DNA from: Xanthobacteraceae bacterium
Lineage (GTDB): Bacteria > Pseudomonadota > Alphaproteobacteria > Rhizobiales > Xanthobacteraceae
Direction of reading: 5' to 3'
Assembly: GCA_049284935.1 (NCBI GenBank)
Contig: JBAPYW010000042.1
Location: forward strand, 5,199 to 69,198
DNA length: 64,000 nt
The stretch's first letter is position 1. Every line of letters begins with the position of its first letter. Positions 62,455-64,000 of this stretch are shown here, in pieces. Both the position numbers and the translations under genes were made by a program. The notes below the pieces were generated by a model. That model did not search any database. It was not told the DNA's origin and was given only the letters and a program-made list of their open reading frames with translations.

Positions 62455-62682
62455 ATGAAAAGAATAATCCTGTCGGTAGCATCAGCTGCTGCACTATTGT
62501 CATTCGCAAGTTTCGATGCACAGGCCGCGGGAGGTTGCGGTCCCGGTGCGCATCCCGATCGGTTTGGCGTTTGCCGGCCGAACGTCGTGGTTGTCGCGCC
62601 GGCCCCGGTGGTGGTTGCGCCCGTGGTCTGCGGGCCTGGACTTCGCTGGCACCCCCGTCGGCACCGCTGCTGGGCCTGGTGA
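62455..62682 (+). CDS. small secreted Cys-rich protein with GCGPG...CRPN motif
   Basis: ATG 62455 is preceded by AAGGA. It has a signal peptide (MKRIILSVASAAALLSFASFDAQA). The mature part is AGGCGPGAHPDRFGVCRPN followed by VVVAPAPVVVAPVVCGPGLRWHPRRHRCW, which resembles the GCG_CRPN prefix family as I remember it. Confidence 0.6.
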   Translation: MKRIILSVASAAALLSFASFDAQAAGGCGPGAHPDRFGVCRPNVVVVAPAPVVVAPVVCGPGLRWHPRRHRCWAW

Positions 62683-62853
62683 CACCGCCGCAATCCTCCA
62701 AGTCTCTGGCCGCCCGCGCAGCGGACGGCCAGCTTGCGGGATGTTGCGCGAAACGCAGCCAAAAAATTCTCAGTGACCTCGATACGCCGCTTTGATCAGC
62801 AGCGATTGTTTGGTCATCGCGCTGGCGGTCGGCGTCCCACGGGGCCCCGGCGC

Positions 62854-63123
62854 TTACTTCGTGTCCGGCGCCCGGTGCGAGTTTGCAGCTAGCGCGTTGG
62901 CCGGCGGCTTCTGAATCGCGTTCATCTCGGGCTCTTGCCCAATGCCCCAGCCAGTAGCCACCAGACACAAGGCGAACACCGCGCCCGCCACGACGAACAG
63001 CACGCCGGCGACCCATTCCACGACGTCATGGCGGCGCCCGGCGGGTTCGTGCACCGTTGGACGCGCGGGCGCATCGTTCGCGTCACGGCGAAGGATATCG
63101 TCAGGCTCGCGATAAACCGGCAT
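62854..63123 (-). CDS. small membrane protein (hypothetical)
   Basis: ATG 63123 is preceded by GGAGG at 5 nt. It is 89 aa with one TM segment (WVAGVLFVVAGAVFALCLVATGW). Confidence 0.45.
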   Translation of the reverse strand: MPVYREPDDILRRDANDAPARPTVHEPAGRRHDVVEWVAGVLFVVAGAVFALCLVATGWGIGQEPEMNAIQKPPANALAANSHRAPDTK

Positions 63124-63378
63124 GGCAGCCTCCAATGATCGCCTGCATCTCGCAGGAGAACTTGTCAGCTGTGCGGCGGTTCCGTGATTCCTCTGGACAT
63201 TGAGCCACGGGTTCGGTGTGTTTTATCGCTTTACACGTCAGCGATTTCATCATCATGTCTTTTCTTGCAAGGCTTCGCCAGCGCGCCGCGCCTGTGCGAA
63301 TGTTTTAGCTCGGTAGGATGATTGACCGCTGCTTCGGCGTACTGCCTCGTTTTTCTGAGGGCGCAGACAGGCCGAGTC

Positions 63379-63666
63379 ATGGCACACCAGTCTGACGATC
63401 CGAATCCGAAACCGGCTTCAACCGGTTTCGGGATTGGCTGTCTCGCTGCTCTTTTGGTCGCCGTTGCAATTCCGCTGACAGTATTTTGCGCCATTCTCAT
63501 TGGAAACAGCAGAAATCCGCAATGCGGGACACCCGCCGACGCGGGCGGCTGCGAAATGGGTCTGGCTTCGGGGACGATCACCGCGGTCGTCCTTGGCCTC
63601 ATCGTGGGTCTTGTTGTGTTGGTGCTTGCTGTCGTGGTGAGCCGAATGAAACGGAAGCCGGAATGA
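63379..63666 (+). CDS. small two-TM membrane protein (hypothetical)
   Basis: I chose ATG 63379 (MAHQSDDPNPKP). It has two hydrophobic segments (IGCLAALLVAVAIPLTVFCAILI and ITAVVLGLIVGLVVLVLAVVV). No clear SD sequence. Confidence 0.4.
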   Translation: MAHQSDDPNPKPASTGFGIGCLAALLVAVAIPLTVFCAILIGNSRNPQCGTPADAGGCEMGLASGTITAVVLGLIVGLVVLVLAVVVSRMKRKPE

Positions 63667-63786
63667 TTGGGCTCATGACATCGGCGCGGCGGTTTAGCCG
63701 GCTTCCGCTTTAGGCCCTGAGCCGACATTCCGCGACGGCGCTAGGAGGTCCACTTCTGGGGGGGTAAAGCGGACGTCAATCGCATG

Positions 63787-64000
63787 TTACTTCTCCAGCC
63801 GCGCCACGATCTCTACATGGGCGGCGTAGCGGAATTGATCGACCGGCGTGATCTCGGTCGGCCGATAGCCGCCGCGGACCAGTTCGCGCAAGTCGCGCGC
63901 CAACGTTGCCGGATTGCACGACACCGCGACAACAAGCGGCACGCCGCTTGATGCGAGCTCGCGGGCCTGCGCTTGCGCGCCCTGCCGCGGCGGATCGAAT
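63787..64000 (-). CDS. RNA (uracil-5-)-methyltransferase family protein (RumA/TrmA-like), C-terminal fragment; 5' end lies outside the window
   Basis: The reverse complement translates as [70 protein letters not shown]-stop. The DPPR.G, VSCNP.TLARD and D.F..T.HVE motifs match the family. It is absent from the ORF track because its start lies beyond the window edge. Confidence 0.7.
   Translation of the reverse strand, partial: FDPPRQGAQAQARELASSGVPLVVAVSCNPATLARDLRELVRGGYRPTEITPVDQFRYAAHVEIVARLEK

Noticed and set aside
61161-62762. A 533-aa minus-strand ORF and a 417-aa plus-strand alternate frame over the MHS transporter gene.
   Set aside because: The MHS frame has textbook motifs and an AGGAG-ATG start. 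The other two are compositional artefacts.
1-64000. Mobile elements, integrases, toxin-antitoxin pairs, restriction-modification genes, CRISPR-Cas or other known defence systems.
   Set aside because: I inspected every ORF translation for nuclease, transposase, recombinase, Cas, methyltransferase and toxin motifs and scanned for regularly spaced repeats. I recognised none. The only mobility-related trace is the orphan tRNA-Pro half.

Overview
The window is a GC-rich (judged by eye, not computed) chromosomal segment. Its gene content suggests an alphaproteobacterium of the Hyphomicrobiales, possibly Bradyrhizobium, Afipia or Rhodopseudomonas-like. That placement rests on the ChpT/CtrA phosphorelay genes, a DUF1134 (EipA-like) gene and short intergenic repeats I remember from this group. 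Most of the window is densely packed housekeeping and metabolic genes: pyrC-pyrE, aroC, ribB, fabI, pdxH, cysQ, a HAAT-type ABC transporter, acyl-CoA dehydrogenase, an OYE flavoenzyme and a PQQ dehydrogenase with a dihaem cytochrome c. It also holds one intact tRNA-Val(CAC). I found no CRISPR array, transposase, integrase, prophage or recognisable defence system. Six observations seem most worth following up. (1) A chemosensory module with no receptor gene (hybrid CheA-REC, CheW, CheY, CheB, CheR) sits between chpT and ctrA. (2) Three translationally coupled genes encode two Tat-signal NAD(P)-type oxidoreductases flanking a Tlc/NTT-like MFS transporter. (3) A four-gene operon encodes a TPP enzyme, an enolase-superfamily enzyme, an internally duplicated His-motif membrane protein and a dehydrogenase subunit-3 family protein. 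(4) An AT-richer islet ends in an orphan 3' half of tRNA-Pro(CGG) and contains a decaying DJ-1/PfpI gene. (5) A FecR-domain protein is paired with an uncharacterised secreted protein. (6) A stand-alone 13-codon lysine-rich micro-ORF has its own promoter-like, SD and terminator signals. All functional calls come from motif recognition by eye in the supplied translations; no database search was run. Many long ORFs in the six-frame track are antisense or alternate-frame shadows typical of high-GC DNA and are rejected below.
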